This document shows positions 1 through 9,584 of a stretch of DNA of 26,313 nt, in pieces. Source of the stretch: Sphingobacteriaceae bacterium (GTDB taxonomy: Bacteria > Bacteroidota > Bacteroidia > B-17B0 > Aurantibacillaceae); assembly GCA_025360355.1 (NCBI GenBank), contig JANYCL010000193.1, positions 1-26,313 of the forward strand, in the 5' to 3' direction. A model generated the notes under the pieces. It was not told where the DNA came from. It was given only the letters and a program-made list of their open reading frames with translations, and ran no database searches. The position numbers and the translations under genes were made by a program. Position 1 is the first letter of the stretch. Every line of letters starts with the position of its first letter.

Positions 1-219
1 CCGGGCGACGTTGTTTACACATTCACAGACGGTTTTGCTGATCAGTTCGGCGGACCGAAAGGAAAGAAATTCAAGTACAAACAATTGGAAGATTTTTTAT
101 TGACCAATAGTAATTTACCAATGGAAACTCAAAAGCAAAAGCTGGATGCAGCCTTTGAAAGCTGGAGAGGAAATTTAGAGCAAGTTGACGATGTTTGTAT
201 AATTGGTCTGAAGATCTAA
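1..219 (+). CDS. SpoIIE/PP2C-family Ser/Thr phosphatase domain protein, 3' end only (5' truncated by window)
   Basis: Frame +1 reads PGDVVYTFTDGFADQFGGPKGKKFKYKQL...WRGNLEQVDDVCIIGLKI* (TAA 217-219). The TDG...DQFGG and terminal DD motifs are typical of SpoIIE domains. Not in the ORF track because the start lies outside the window. Confidence 0.9.
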   Translation, partial: PGDVVYTFTDGFADQFGGPKGKKFKYKQLEDFLLTNSNLPMETQKQKLDAAFESWRGNLEQVDDVCIIGLKI

Positions 220-221
220 AA

Positions 222-1139
222 CTACTTCATCATCATTTGTCTTTTCACCAGGTAAGTGTATAAAACACTATCAAAGCCTTTATTAATATCTGCTTCTACA
301 AAATCAATGTGATATTGTCCGCATTTTAATTTTAATGCGTTAGTGAAATTCGTAATAGAAGTAATGTAGTTTTCTTTTATTTGACTGGGGTTTAATTTTA
401 TTTCTTCACCGCTTTCCAGATCAATAAATTTATACGGACGGTTCTCAAAATCAAAATCCAATTCTTTTTGTTTGTCGTTCACGTGAAATAAAACGACTTC
501 ATGTTTTTTGTATTTTAAATGCTGGAGAGCAGAAAAAAGTTCTTCATTATCTCCATCGCTTTCGAACATATCACTAAAAATAATTACAAGAGAACGTTTG
601 TGAATTATTTCTGCAATTTGATGTAAAGCTTTTATTGCTGAGGTCCCTTTTTTTTCTTCGGTTTGTTTTGAATTCAATAATTCTTCCAGACTGGCAAAAA
701 TGAGTTTTTGTTGGGCAGGGCTTCCTTTTGCGGGCAAATGTAAGTTTACCATATTATTAAATAAAGTAAGGCCAATTGCGTCTCTTTGTTGTTTTAATAA
801 TTCATTCAAAGCGGCTGCTGCATAAACCGAAAAATTTAATTTGTTATTTTCAGAATCTAGGGGGAAAAGCATTGAGGATGAGGTGTCTATAACGATCTGG
901 CATCTTAAATTAGTTTCCTCTTCATACCTTTTTACAAATAATTTATCCGTTCTGGCAAACAATTTCCAATCGATATGACGCGTACTTTCTCCGGTATTAT
1001 AAAGTCTGTGTTCGGCAAATTCAACAGAAAAACCATGGAAAGGACTTTTATGAAGCCCTGTAATAAACCCTTCCACTACCTTTTTGGCTAAAAGTTCAAG
1101 ATTTTTAAAAGGTTCTATGATTTGGCGGTTTATTGGCAT
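222..1139 (-). CDS. DUF58 domain protein with vWA-like C-terminal part
   Basis: GLHKSPFHGFSVEFAEHRLYNTGESTRHIDWK...KRYEEETN and VIDTSSSM match the DUF58 family signature. Confidence 0.9.
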   Translation of the reverse strand: MPINRQIIEPFKNLELLAKKVVEGFITGLHKSPFHGFSVEFAEHRLYNTGESTRHIDWKLFARTDKLFVKRYEEETNLRCQIVIDTSSSMLFPLDSENNKLNFSVYAAAALNELLKQQRDAIGLTLFNNMVNLHLPAKGSPAQQKLIFASLEELLNSKQTEEKKGTSAIKALHQIAEIIHKRSLVIIFSDMFESDGDNEELFSALQHLKYKKHEVVLFHVNDKQKELDFDFENRPYKFIDLESGEEIKLNPSQIKENYITSITNFTNALKLKCGQYHIDFVEADINKGFDSVLYTYLVKRQMMMK

Positions 1140-1239
1140 GTTTTTTGTGAATTTATGGTATTATTTGAAAAAATTATAGTTAAAATATCATATTTTTTTT
1201 TAATTTAGACGAAATTTTTAAACGATTATTCGAGGGATA

Positions 1240-4200
1240 ATGAAGCGTTTTTACTTACTTTTTTTACTTTTTATTGGATTCTTAAAATTTGAAGCACAAA
1301 TAGATACGTCTTTTTGGTTTGTTGCTCCTGATATGGCTTCCGGCCTCGGACAAAGTCCTATAAAAATGTACTTCACTACTTATAATACACCAAGTACAGT
1401 TTATTTAAGACAACCTGCAAACGGAGCTTTCGTTCCTATTACAAAAGTAATTCCAGCATTTACAGTTGATTCAATTGATTTAACCACATTTATTGCAACA
1501 GTTGAAAACACGCCAGCTAATTCGGTTCTAAATAGAGGTATATATATAAGTGCGACAACTAGTGTTTCTGTTGTATATGCAATAAAGTCAGCTACAAATA
1601 AAGAAATGCTAAGTCTTAAAGGACAAAAAGCAGTAGGAACTGATTTTTATACACCTTTTCAAAACCAATGGCGTACTGCAATGCCAACGCCAACAACAAA
1701 TCCACGATCTACTTCTGCAATTGATATTGTTGCAACACAAAATAATACTTCTGTTTTAATTACACCCCGGGCAAATATTGTTGGGCACGTAAAAGATGTT
1801 TCATTTCTAGTTATTCTTCAGGCAGGAGAATCATATAGTTGTCAGGATACCACAACATTGGCACCAACAAAATTAGCAGGTTCAATTGTATCGGCTAACA
1901 AACCCGTGGCAATTACAATTTCTTCTTCCAACTTAGTAAATGGCGGTTGTAACAGTACGGTTGCTGATCAAATCACAAATTCAAATTTTGCCGGTAATGA
2001 TTTTGTTATCGAAAAAAGTTTATCGGATGGCGATAAATTTTTTATTCTTGCCACAGTTAATTCAACCAGCTTAACTATTTATAACGGCACATCAACTGTT
2101 CAAACTTTAATTAATACAGGTGAAACTTATAGCTCTAATATTTCGCAACCACTCACTTATATACAATCAACAAAACCTGTTTATGTTTTACACGTAAGCG
2201 CACATGGTTGTAAATTAAGCGGTGCACAAGTTCCACACTTTTATTGTGCAGGTACTTATTCAACCTCGTTTACACGTACAACTTCAGATACTTTAGCTAT
2301 TAATGTTTTTACCAGAAATGGGAATCAGGGTAATTTTACTTTATTAAGTAATTCTGTTTCTCAGCCCATTGGTGCTTCTTCATTTTCTGTTGTTCCCGGT
2401 ACCGGAGGAAATGTTGTTGCAGCTAAAATTTATTATACAACAACGCAAATCCCTGTAGGCTCTTATAATATCATTTCAAATCCGGGCGATATTTATGGTT
2501 TCGGAACACATCAGGGTTCTAATGCCGGAGGTAGCACATACGCTTATCATTCGGAATGGGCAGCTTATCCATTTTCAATTGCTGGTCCTGCAACGGCAAC
2601 CACTTGTGCAAACACAATTTTTCCATTAACAGGCTTAATTGGTGGAGGTAATCTTACAGGTGTTTGGTCGACCAGCGGTTTCGGAACTTTTGGCGCAGGA
2701 TCAACAGCCTTAACTAATACATACATTCCAAGTAATCTTGATACCAATATTGTTTTGACTTTAGTTTCAACCGGACCTTGTCCTTCAAGTATTGGCACAA
2801 TTAGTTTAACCGTAAATCCGGCTCCGATCGTAACTGCCGGTTTCGATCAGATAATTTGTGGTAACAACGCTACTATTACTCTTGTAGGAAATGTAATCAG
2901 CAGCAGTAATACCGGTTTATGGTCAACAACAGGTTCTGGTGTTTTTACGCCAACAACAACAGTGTTTAGTCCGCAATATATTTCTGCAAGTGCAGATACT
3001 GCAGCAGGAATCATAAAATTCATTTTACAATCAACCAACAATGGTTTTTGTAATATTGAAAGAGACACAATGGTGGTTACCTATACCAAACCTCCATCAG
3101 TAAATGCGGGTCCTACCTCAATTATACGTTGTGCAAATAATCCTTCAGTAGCTTTATCAGGAACAGTTACAGGTGCAAGTTTATCGGGTAAATGGACTAC
3201 AACAGGAACAGGATTATTTAATCCGAATAATGTTCAGTTAAACACTAATTATTTACCGAGTTCGGGTGATGTTTCTTCCGGATCTATAATATTATATTTA
3301 TCATCAACTAACAACGGTAATTGTTTACCGGTTACCGATAGTATAATGGTAAACTTCACACCGTCTCCTACGGTAAGTGCAGGAGGAGCTCCGTTAAGTA
3401 TTTGTAAAAATAATTATGTTACACAGCTTAATGGTGTTGTTACTGGAGGTTCATCAACAGGTATATGGAGTGGGGGAGCAGGAGCGTTTACGCCAACTAA
3501 TACTGTTCTAACGCCAAGTTATGTTCCAACTGCTGGTGAGTTAGCAAGTGGTTCACTAATTCTAACTTTAACATCAACCAACAACGGAAACTGTTTAGCA
3601 GTTAGTAATCAAATAACATTAAACTTTATAAATAAGCCAACGGCTACGTTTACATGTAACACGGCTTGTTTAAATGTAGCAACTTCATTTACCAGTTCAT
3701 CATTACCAAACGCCGGATCTTTATCAGGGTGGAATTGGTCTTTCGGTGACGCAACTCCAACTTCTACTTTAGTTAGTCCTTCACATACTTTTGCTACTGC
3801 AGGCGCTTATACAGTTACTTTAATTGTACAAAATTCTTTTAATTGTTACGATACCATCAGTAAGCCTGTTACCGTTAGTAATTTACCTAATGTGTTTTGG
3901 AATTATAACCGTTTGTGTACAGGGTCAGCTTTACAAATTAATTTTAAGGATAGTTCAAATATTGCTCTTCCGGATTTACTTAGCGGCTGTACTTATCAAT
4001 GGGATCTTGCCGGATTAGGCGCACCAACAACACCAAACGCATCGCAGGTCTTTAACTTTCCCGGTACATATAACATTACATTGATGATCACAAGTACAAA
4101 GGGCTGTACTTCAACTTCAATCAAAACAATTACTATTACACCAAGACCTAACGCCGGATTTATTTTTTCAAACAGTGGTGGATTTAATATTGGTTCAAAT

Positions 4201-4689
4201 GTTTTGTTTACCGATACATCTTCCAATTCAGTTAACTGGTTCTGGAATTTTGATTATCCTAATGGAAATACAAGTAATATTCAAAATCCTAGTAATGTTT
4301 ATTATTCCAACGGGATATATACAGTTCTTCAGGTTGTGCAGGATCAGTTTGGATGCAGCGATACAGCCAAAGCGTATATTAAAATATCAACAGTTATAAA
4401 TGAAATTGCAGAATTAATTCCGAACGCAATTTCTCCTAATAATGATGGTAAAAACGATATCTGGCGTTTGGATTTTATAGATATTTATTACCCTAATGCT
4501 GAAATTGAAATTTATAACAGATGGGGACAACGTTTATTTTTCTCGAAAGGATATAGCAATGCATGGGATGGAACCTATAAAGGAGCACCGTTACCTGTTG
4601 CGTCGTATTATTACATAATCAATCTTATGGATCCACTTAAGAAAGATGATGAAAATATTTTTAAAGGAACCTTATTGTTAATGAAGTAA
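1240..4689 (+). CDS. T9SS type B cargo / adhesin-like protein 1: signal peptide, IgGFc-binding-like N-terminal domain, 4 Cys-bracketed repeats, 3 PKD domains, gliding-motility-associated (CHU_C) C-terminal domain
   Basis: Signal peptide ending FEA-Q. PKD motifs WNWSFGD, YQWDLAG and WFWNFD in 3640-4392. C-terminal IPNAISPNNDGKNDIW...IYNRWGQ...WDG...YYYII (4414-4686) is the type B sorting domain. A PorP-like gene follows immediately. The IgGFc-binding call is less certain (~0.6). Confidence 0.88.
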   Translation: MKRFYLLFLLFIGFLKFEAQIDTSFWFVAPDMASGLGQSPIKMYFTTYNTPSTVYLRQPANGAFVPITKVIPAFTVDSIDLTTFIATVENTPANSVLNRGIYISATTSVSVVYAIKSATNKEMLSLKGQKAVGTDFYTPFQNQWRTAMPTPTTNPRSTSAIDIVATQNNTSVLITPRANIVGHVKDVSFLVILQAGESYSCQDTTTLAPTKLAGSIVSANKPVAITISSSNLVNGGCNSTVADQITNSNFAGNDFVIEKSLSDGDKFFILATVNSTSLTIYNGTSTVQTLINTGETYSSNISQPLTYIQSTKPVYVLHVSAHGCKLSGAQVPHFYCAGTYSTSFTRTTSDTLAINVFTRNGNQGNFTLLSNSVSQPIGASSFSVVPGTGGNVVAAKIYYTTTQIPVGSYNIISNPGDIYGFGTHQGSNAGGSTYAYHSEWAAYPFSIAGPATATTCANTIFPLTGLIGGGNLTGVWSTSGFGTFGAGSTALTNTYIPSNLDTNIVLTLVSTGPCPSSIGTISLTVNPAPIVTAGFDQIICGNNATITLVGNVISSSNTGLWSTTGSGVFTPTTTVFSPQYISASADTAAGIIKFILQSTNNGFCNIERDTMVVTYTKPPSVNAGPTSIIRCANNPSVALSGTVTGASLSGKWTTTGTGLFNPNNVQLNTNYLPSSGDVSSGSIILYLSSTNNGNCLPVTDSIMVNFTPSPTVSAGGAPLSICKNNYVTQLNGVVTGGSSTGIWSGGAGAFTPTNTVLTPSYVPTAGELASGSLILTLTSTNNGNCLAVSNQITLNFINKPTATFTCNTACLNVATSFTSSSLPNAGSLSGWNWSFGDATPTSTLVSPSHTFATAGAYTVTLIVQNSFNCYDTISKPVTVSNLPNVFWNYNRLCTGSALQINFKDSSNIALPDLLSGCTYQWDLAGLGAPTTPNASQVFNFPGTYNITLMITSTKGCTSTSIKTITITPRPNAGFIFSNSGGFNIGSNVLFTDTSSNSVNWFWNFDYPNGNTSNIQNPSNVYYSNGIYTVLQVVQDQFGCSDTAKAYIKISTVINEIAELIPNAISPNNDGKNDIWRLDFIDIYYPNAEIEIYNRWGQRLFFSKGYSNAWDGTYKGAPLPVASYYYIINLMDPLKKDDENIFKGTLLLMK
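2581..3639 (+). repeat. Four tandem ~88-aa intragenic repeats, probably Ig-like stalk domains
   Basis: Protein consensus AG...C.....L.G.V.G....G.W...G.G.F.P......Y.P...D...G...L.L.STNNG.C......P occurs four times. Copies are diverged at synonymous sites (e.g. tcaaccaacaatgg, tcaactaacaacgg, tcaaccaacaacgg). Confidence 0.85.
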
Positions 4690-5765
4690 TGAAACAGATC
4701 TTTAAAATAGCGCTCATTATTATCACTGTTACAGGATCTGTTTCGGTTCATGCACAGCAGCAATCGGCGTACACAAATTACTTATTAAACATGTACGCTT
4801 ATAATCCTGCAGTGGCAGGCGCGCAGCCGTACACCCAGGCAAATTTAAGTTACCGGAATCAATGGGCGGGTTTTGAAGGTGCTCCAAAAACTTTTTTAAT
4901 ATCAATGAATGCTCCGCTTAAAAAAGCAAAAAATGTTGGCGTTGGAGGTTTAGTGGTTTCAGATAAAACAGGATTAATAACAACCAATACAGCTTATGCA
5001 ACATTTGCCTACCATGTTAAGATAAATAAAAAAACAAAATTAGGTTTTGGTTTATCGGCAGGATTAAAACAATATACTGTTAGATTGTATGATGTGAGAG
5101 CCTATGATAAAGGTGATGATTATTTAACAGGAAGCACTTTAAACGCAAACATTCTAGATGCTAATGCGGGAATTTATTTAAGAGGAGAACGTTTTTTCTT
5201 TGGCTTATCAGACATGAACATGCTGAATAATAAGATCAGATGGAAAAACCCTACAGGAAAATTAACACCGCATTATTATTCGGTTATTGGCTATAATATT
5301 AAATTGAGTAAAGATCTCGGACTGCAACCTTCCATATTATTAAAATACAACGATCCCGTTCCTGTGCAATTAGAGTATAACTTGAAACTAACCATAAAAG
5401 ATATGGTGTGGTTCGCTGTTAATTACCGCGATAAAGATGCAATCGGTTTTTTAGTTGGAATACAAGTCATTAAAAAACTGAATGTCGCTTATGCTTACGA
5501 TTATTCTTTAACCTCTATAAAAAAATATAATCAAGGCGGACATGAATTATGTTTGAATTATAATTTCATTAAAAAGAAAGTTGTGAATGTGGATGAAGAA
5601 CAATTTAAGATCAAGGATAACAGTATTAAACAAAGTTTAAAGAACAAGAAAACAACTCCGCAGGAATTAGATAAAAAACAAGAAGTTAATCCCGAAAACA
5701 AACAAGAGAATAAAAACGAATCGGAACCTAAAAAACCCGATGAAACAAAACCTAATAAAGACTAA
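4689..5765 (+). CDS. PorP/SprF-family T9SS outer-membrane beta-barrel protein (paralog 1)
   Basis: N-terminal QQQSAYTNYLLNMYAYNPAVAG, YRNQWAGFEGAPKT and C-terminal YAYDYSLT...GGHELCLNYNF motifs. The start overlaps the stop of the upstream cargo gene (TAATG). Confidence 0.9.
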   Translation: MKQIFKIALIIITVTGSVSVHAQQQSAYTNYLLNMYAYNPAVAGAQPYTQANLSYRNQWAGFEGAPKTFLISMNAPLKKAKNVGVGGLVVSDKTGLITTNTAYATFAYHVKINKKTKLGFGLSAGLKQYTVRLYDVRAYDKGDDYLTGSTLNANILDANAGIYLRGERFFFGLSDMNMLNNKIRWKNPTGKLTPHYYSVIGYNIKLSKDLGLQPSILLKYNDPVPVQLEYNLKLTIKDMVWFAVNYRDKDAIGFLVGIQVIKKLNVAYAYDYSLTSIKKYNQGGHELCLNYNFIKKKVVNVDEEQFKIKDNSIKQSLKNKKTTPQELDKKQEVNPENKQENKNESEPKKPDETKPNKD

Positions 5766-5782
5766 TTTTTATAATACATAAA

Positions 5783-8700
5783 ATGAAAAAAATTAAACTT
5801 ATAGTATTTGTTCTGTTCTTTTTACTGAAGATCACTCCTTTGGTTTCGCAGATAGATACTGTTTTCTGGTTTGCAGCACCTTGGGTAACACCTGATCATA
5901 CTTGGCGTGATCCAATTAAAGTTCATATTGCGGGTGACGCCGGTACAGTTGTTCGTGTAAGACAACCCGGAGCCATTTTGCCGAATAAATATGATACTAC
6001 TTTTACCATTCCGGCATCACGCGCTTTTGATTATACTTTTTGGAGGGATGCTGCAGCGGGTCCAACTAATTTCGGTTACGATTCTTTAGAGTCTCGTCCT
6101 GCCAATACTGTTCTACCTTATGGATTAAAAATCACTTCATCGGGGAGAATTACAGTTGTATATGATGTTGTAACAAGAGCCCCAACATTTTATAATCCGG
6201 AAACATTTTCCATGAAAGGACAAAACGGATTGGGAACTGAATTCGTGTGTCCTTTTCAAAATACTTGGAAAAACCAGACTCTTGGAGGCGATCTTAATGG
6301 AGATGCAATTATCTCCCAGCCAAAGCAACAAATAAACATTGTTTCTACAATGCCGGGAACGATCGTTTGGATAACCCCGCGATGTAATGTTGTTGGTCAC
6401 CCTGCCAATATTACATATAGTATTGCAATGGGTTATGGTGATGTTTATACAGTTGAAAACGTAACACAAGCAACTACTACTTTAACACCGGGCCAAAACC
6501 TAGGTGGAACCATTGTTGTATCTAATAACGCTATCGCAATAACAGTTGCCGATGATTCAGTGAACACGCCGGGTGGTGGTTGTTTCGATTTAATTGGCGA
6601 CCAAATTGTGCCTGTTGATGTAGTAGGAGATTCTTATATAGCGAATCTTGGATTTATGTTTCCTGCTTCGGTTGAAAGTATATTTGTGGTAGCAACTACT
6701 AATTTTACTCAAATAACAATTAATGATGGGGTTGCAAGTACCTATACTTTAAATAAAGGCGATACTAAACAATATCCAATGACCAATCCGCTCGCATTCA
6801 TATCGGCAACACAGCCGGTGTATTTATGGCAAACTAGTGGGTATGGTTGTGAAGCAGGTGGAGCTATCTTACCACCGTTAGATTGTGCAGGTTCAGATAC
6901 GGTGGTTTTCTCAAGAAATAACACACAGCCATTTTTATTGAACGTTGTATGTAAAACAGGTAACCAAGGAAATTTTACTATAGATGGTAACCCTGCATTA
7001 TTGGTTGCTGCTGATTTTACAGTTGTTCCAGGTACTGCCGGCGCCTGGATGGGAGCACAAAAACAATTTGCTATTGGCGTAATGCCAATTGGTGCTCACG
7101 AAATTAGAAACAGTACAGATGTATTTGCTTTAGGTATTATTAATGGTAATACAACAACGGGTGGATTATTCCATTATATGTCAACATTCAGAAGGAAAGT
7201 GCTTAACAATGCAGGTCCTGATTTTACCGTATGTGCTGCAAGTAATACAGTTGCTTTAACTGGTACAATTACAGGCGGTGCAATTACCGGAATTTGGGAA
7301 ACACCAACTGGAACAGTTAGCCCAACAATTTATACTTCATCCATTACAACAGTAAGCATGATCTATACGCTTACTCCAAGTCAGTTATTTACCGGTGGTT
7401 CTTTAACATTCACACTTACATCAGTTGGTAATTGTAAAAACGTAAGTGATTATGTTACTCTAAATATTGTAAAGGCCCCTGTGGTTACAGCTACACCTTC
7501 AGTTATTACACGATGTAAAAATAATTTAACGCCCGTATTGATTAACGGAACTGTTACGGGTGCTCCCGGACAAAACTGGACGGGTGGAACAGGCGCGTTC
7601 TTTCCTGTAACTACTGCGAATACTTCTTATACACCTTCACCAACAGACGCCTCTACCGGAACTGTAACCTTAACGCTAACCTCAACTGGAGGATGTGCGC
7701 CTGCTAATGATATTGTGGTGATCAATTTTACAAATCCACCATCTGTTTTAACACCACCTGATATTAATGTGTGTACAAATACCCCAACGATTGCAATTAT
7801 TGGTTCAACTATTACGGGTGGTAGTACCACTGGTATTTGGTCGACAAATGGTGGTGGTTATTTTACGCCTACAGATACAACGTTTAATACTAATTATGTT
7901 TTAAGTGCAACAGAACTTGTAATTGGTGGTGTTGTAACATTAACTCTTACCTCTACTAACAATGGTTTATGCGCTTCCGTTTCAAGTACATTAAACATTA
8001 ATATTTATCCTAAACCAATTGTAAGCGCAGGATCTGATTCTACTTATTGCCCGAATATTGCCGGCGGTGTTATTTCTTTTAGTGGTACTTCAACATTTAA
8101 TAGTGCACCAACAACACCAACCTGGACAACTATTGGCGGTACAGGTGCATTTAGTAATCCTAATTCGCCTGTCACTAATTATACAATAACTCCGGCAGAT
8201 CTTTTAGCCGGATGTGTAAAATTCGTAATCGCTGCACAAGGCATTTGTACAGTAAGTGAAACCGACACAATGGAAATTTGCTTTTTAAAATTACCTGTTA
8301 TAAGTGCAGGTATTAACGCTTCGGTTTGCGATAACACAACCATAATATTAAATGGTACCGTTACAAATTATACTGGAGCAATACAATGGTTCCCGGTAAG
8401 CGGAACCGGAACTTTTACACCAACGAATGCTGCTTTATCAACTACTTATATTCCTAGTGCTGCAGATATATTAAGTGGCTCAGTTACTTTTTCGCTGGTT
8501 ACAAATAATAGTCAGGGTTGTACTAATGTTTCCGATTCTGTAAAAATTATTTTTAAAACTTCACCGGTTGCTAATTTTAATATTGGTACAGCTTGCGTCA
8601 ACGCTCAGGTTAATTTTACTGATGCTTCAACTTTAGGTCCTGTTATCACTAATACAATTTATTTTGGAGAAGGATTCCCAACTTCTGCTCCGGGTACATT

Positions 8701-9577
8701 AATTAATCCGCATACTTATTCTTTATCCGGAACTTATTATGTTACTTATAGTGTCACTTCTTCTAATGGTTGTATGGATACAGTTGTAAAACCAATTGTT
8801 ATTAATCCATTACCTGTTGCAGATTTTATTTTTAATAATGCTTGTCAAGGACTCCCTGCTTCATTTCAGGATGCCTCTTTTGTAAATCCCGGAAATATTG
8901 TAGGATGGAATTGGAATTTTGGTGATACCGGAAAAGATACAATAAATAAAAATCCACCGCATATTTATGCTTTACCCGGTTTATATAATGTTGTTTTAAT
9001 TGTAACTTCCAGCAAAGGATGTAAAAATTTAATCACGAAACCTGTTAATGTAAACCCTCAGCCAACCGCAGAATTTGGACTAACTAATAATCCAACTCTT
9101 GCTCTTGAAACAGTTTATTTTTCCGATTTTTCTACACCGGTTGGTACTCTTGTAAATTGGTATTGGAATTTTGGTGACTCCACTGGCGCAGCTGTTCAGA
9201 ATCCAACGCACTTCTTTCTTAATCAGGGAAATTATTACATTACCTTAACTGTAGTTGATGCTAATGGTTGTCGCGATTCAATTACAAAACCAATCGAGGT
9301 AACATTATTACCATTAGTACCAACAGCGTTCTCACCTAACGGAGATGGCAGTAACGATTTCTTATTTGTAAAAGGAGGTCCTTTCGAAAAAATGCATTTC
9401 AGAGTTTACAACAGTTGGGGCGAACAAATATTTGAAGCAACCGAACAGAAAAATGGTTGGGATGGAAAACTAAGAGGTCAGGATTGTCCTGTTGGAGTTT
9501 ATGTTTGGGTGCTGGATGTAGATATGTATAACAACAAATCCGTCAGGAAAACGGGGGATGTCACAATTTTAAGATAA
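5783..9577 (+). CDS. T9SS type B cargo / adhesin-like protein 2, paralog of 1240..4689, with 5 Cys-bracketed repeats and 3 PKD domains
   Basis: Mature N-terminus QIDTVFWFAAP matches QIDTSFWFVAP of protein 1. PKD motifs WNWNFGD and WYWNFGD. C-terminal VPTAFSPNGDGSND...VYNSWGE...GWDG...GVYVW...KTGDVTILR is the type B sorting domain. Confidence 0.88.
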   Translation: MKKIKLIVFVLFFLLKITPLVSQIDTVFWFAAPWVTPDHTWRDPIKVHIAGDAGTVVRVRQPGAILPNKYDTTFTIPASRAFDYTFWRDAAAGPTNFGYDSLESRPANTVLPYGLKITSSGRITVVYDVVTRAPTFYNPETFSMKGQNGLGTEFVCPFQNTWKNQTLGGDLNGDAIISQPKQQINIVSTMPGTIVWITPRCNVVGHPANITYSIAMGYGDVYTVENVTQATTTLTPGQNLGGTIVVSNNAIAITVADDSVNTPGGGCFDLIGDQIVPVDVVGDSYIANLGFMFPASVESIFVVATTNFTQITINDGVASTYTLNKGDTKQYPMTNPLAFISATQPVYLWQTSGYGCEAGGAILPPLDCAGSDTVVFSRNNTQPFLLNVVCKTGNQGNFTIDGNPALLVAADFTVVPGTAGAWMGAQKQFAIGVMPIGAHEIRNSTDVFALGIINGNTTTGGLFHYMSTFRRKVLNNAGPDFTVCAASNTVALTGTITGGAITGIWETPTGTVSPTIYTSSITTVSMIYTLTPSQLFTGGSLTFTLTSVGNCKNVSDYVTLNIVKAPVVTATPSVITRCKNNLTPVLINGTVTGAPGQNWTGGTGAFFPVTTANTSYTPSPTDASTGTVTLTLTSTGGCAPANDIVVINFTNPPSVLTPPDINVCTNTPTIAIIGSTITGGSTTGIWSTNGGGYFTPTDTTFNTNYVLSATELVIGGVVTLTLTSTNNGLCASVSSTLNINIYPKPIVSAGSDSTYCPNIAGGVISFSGTSTFNSAPTTPTWTTIGGTGAFSNPNSPVTNYTITPADLLAGCVKFVIAAQGICTVSETDTMEICFLKLPVISAGINASVCDNTTIILNGTVTNYTGAIQWFPVSGTGTFTPTNAALSTTYIPSAADILSGSVTFSLVTNNSQGCTNVSDSVKIIFKTSPVANFNIGTACVNAQVNFTDASTLGPVITNTIYFGEGFPTSAPGTLINPHTYSLSGTYYVTYSVTSSNGCMDTVVKPIVINPLPVADFIFNNACQGLPASFQDASFVNPGNIVGWNWNFGDTGKDTINKNPPHIYALPGLYNVVLIVTSSKGCKNLITKPVNVNPQPTAEFGLTNNPTLALETVYFSDFSTPVGTLVNWYWNFGDSTGAAVQNPTHFFLNQGNYYITLTVVDANGCRDSITKPIEVTLLPLVPTAFSPNGDGSNDFLFVKGGPFEKMHFRVYNSWGEQIFEATEQKNGWDGKLRGQDCPVGVYVWVLDVDMYNNKSVRKTGDVTILR
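7211..8566 (+). repeat. Five tandem ~90-aa intragenic repeats of the same family as 2581..3639
   Basis: Units begin AGPDFTVC, ATPSVITRC, TPPDINVC, AGSDSTYC and AGINASVC. Each has the W..G.G.F and LTLTS..G.C type motifs. Confidence 0.85.
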
Positions 9578-9584
9578 GCGGGTA

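Noticed and set aside
164-170. GGAGAGG resembling half of the uvrA palindromic element
   Set aside because: No matching CCTCTCC arm or GGGTGAGG tail; it simply encodes part of the conserved W-R-G of the SpoIIE domain.
222-1139. DUF58 gene without MoxR AAA+ or BatA/vWA partners
   Set aside because: From recollection, a stand-alone DUF58 paralog is common in Bacteroidota. Nothing in the sequence suggests a special role.
1140-1239. Divergent intergenic region with a T9 tract (1193-1201) as a possible phase-variable or invertible promoter
   Set aside because: No exact TAnnTTTG on either strand, no flanking inverted repeats and no recombinase nearby. A T9 run is unremarkable in very AT-rich DNA.
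2581-8566. Recurring tcaac(c/t)aacaa(c/t)gg DNA motifs as a CRISPR-like or diversity-generating array
   Set aside because: They encode the STNNG motif of protein repeats, vary at synonymous positions and lie within long ORFs. No cas or reverse-transcriptase gene is present.
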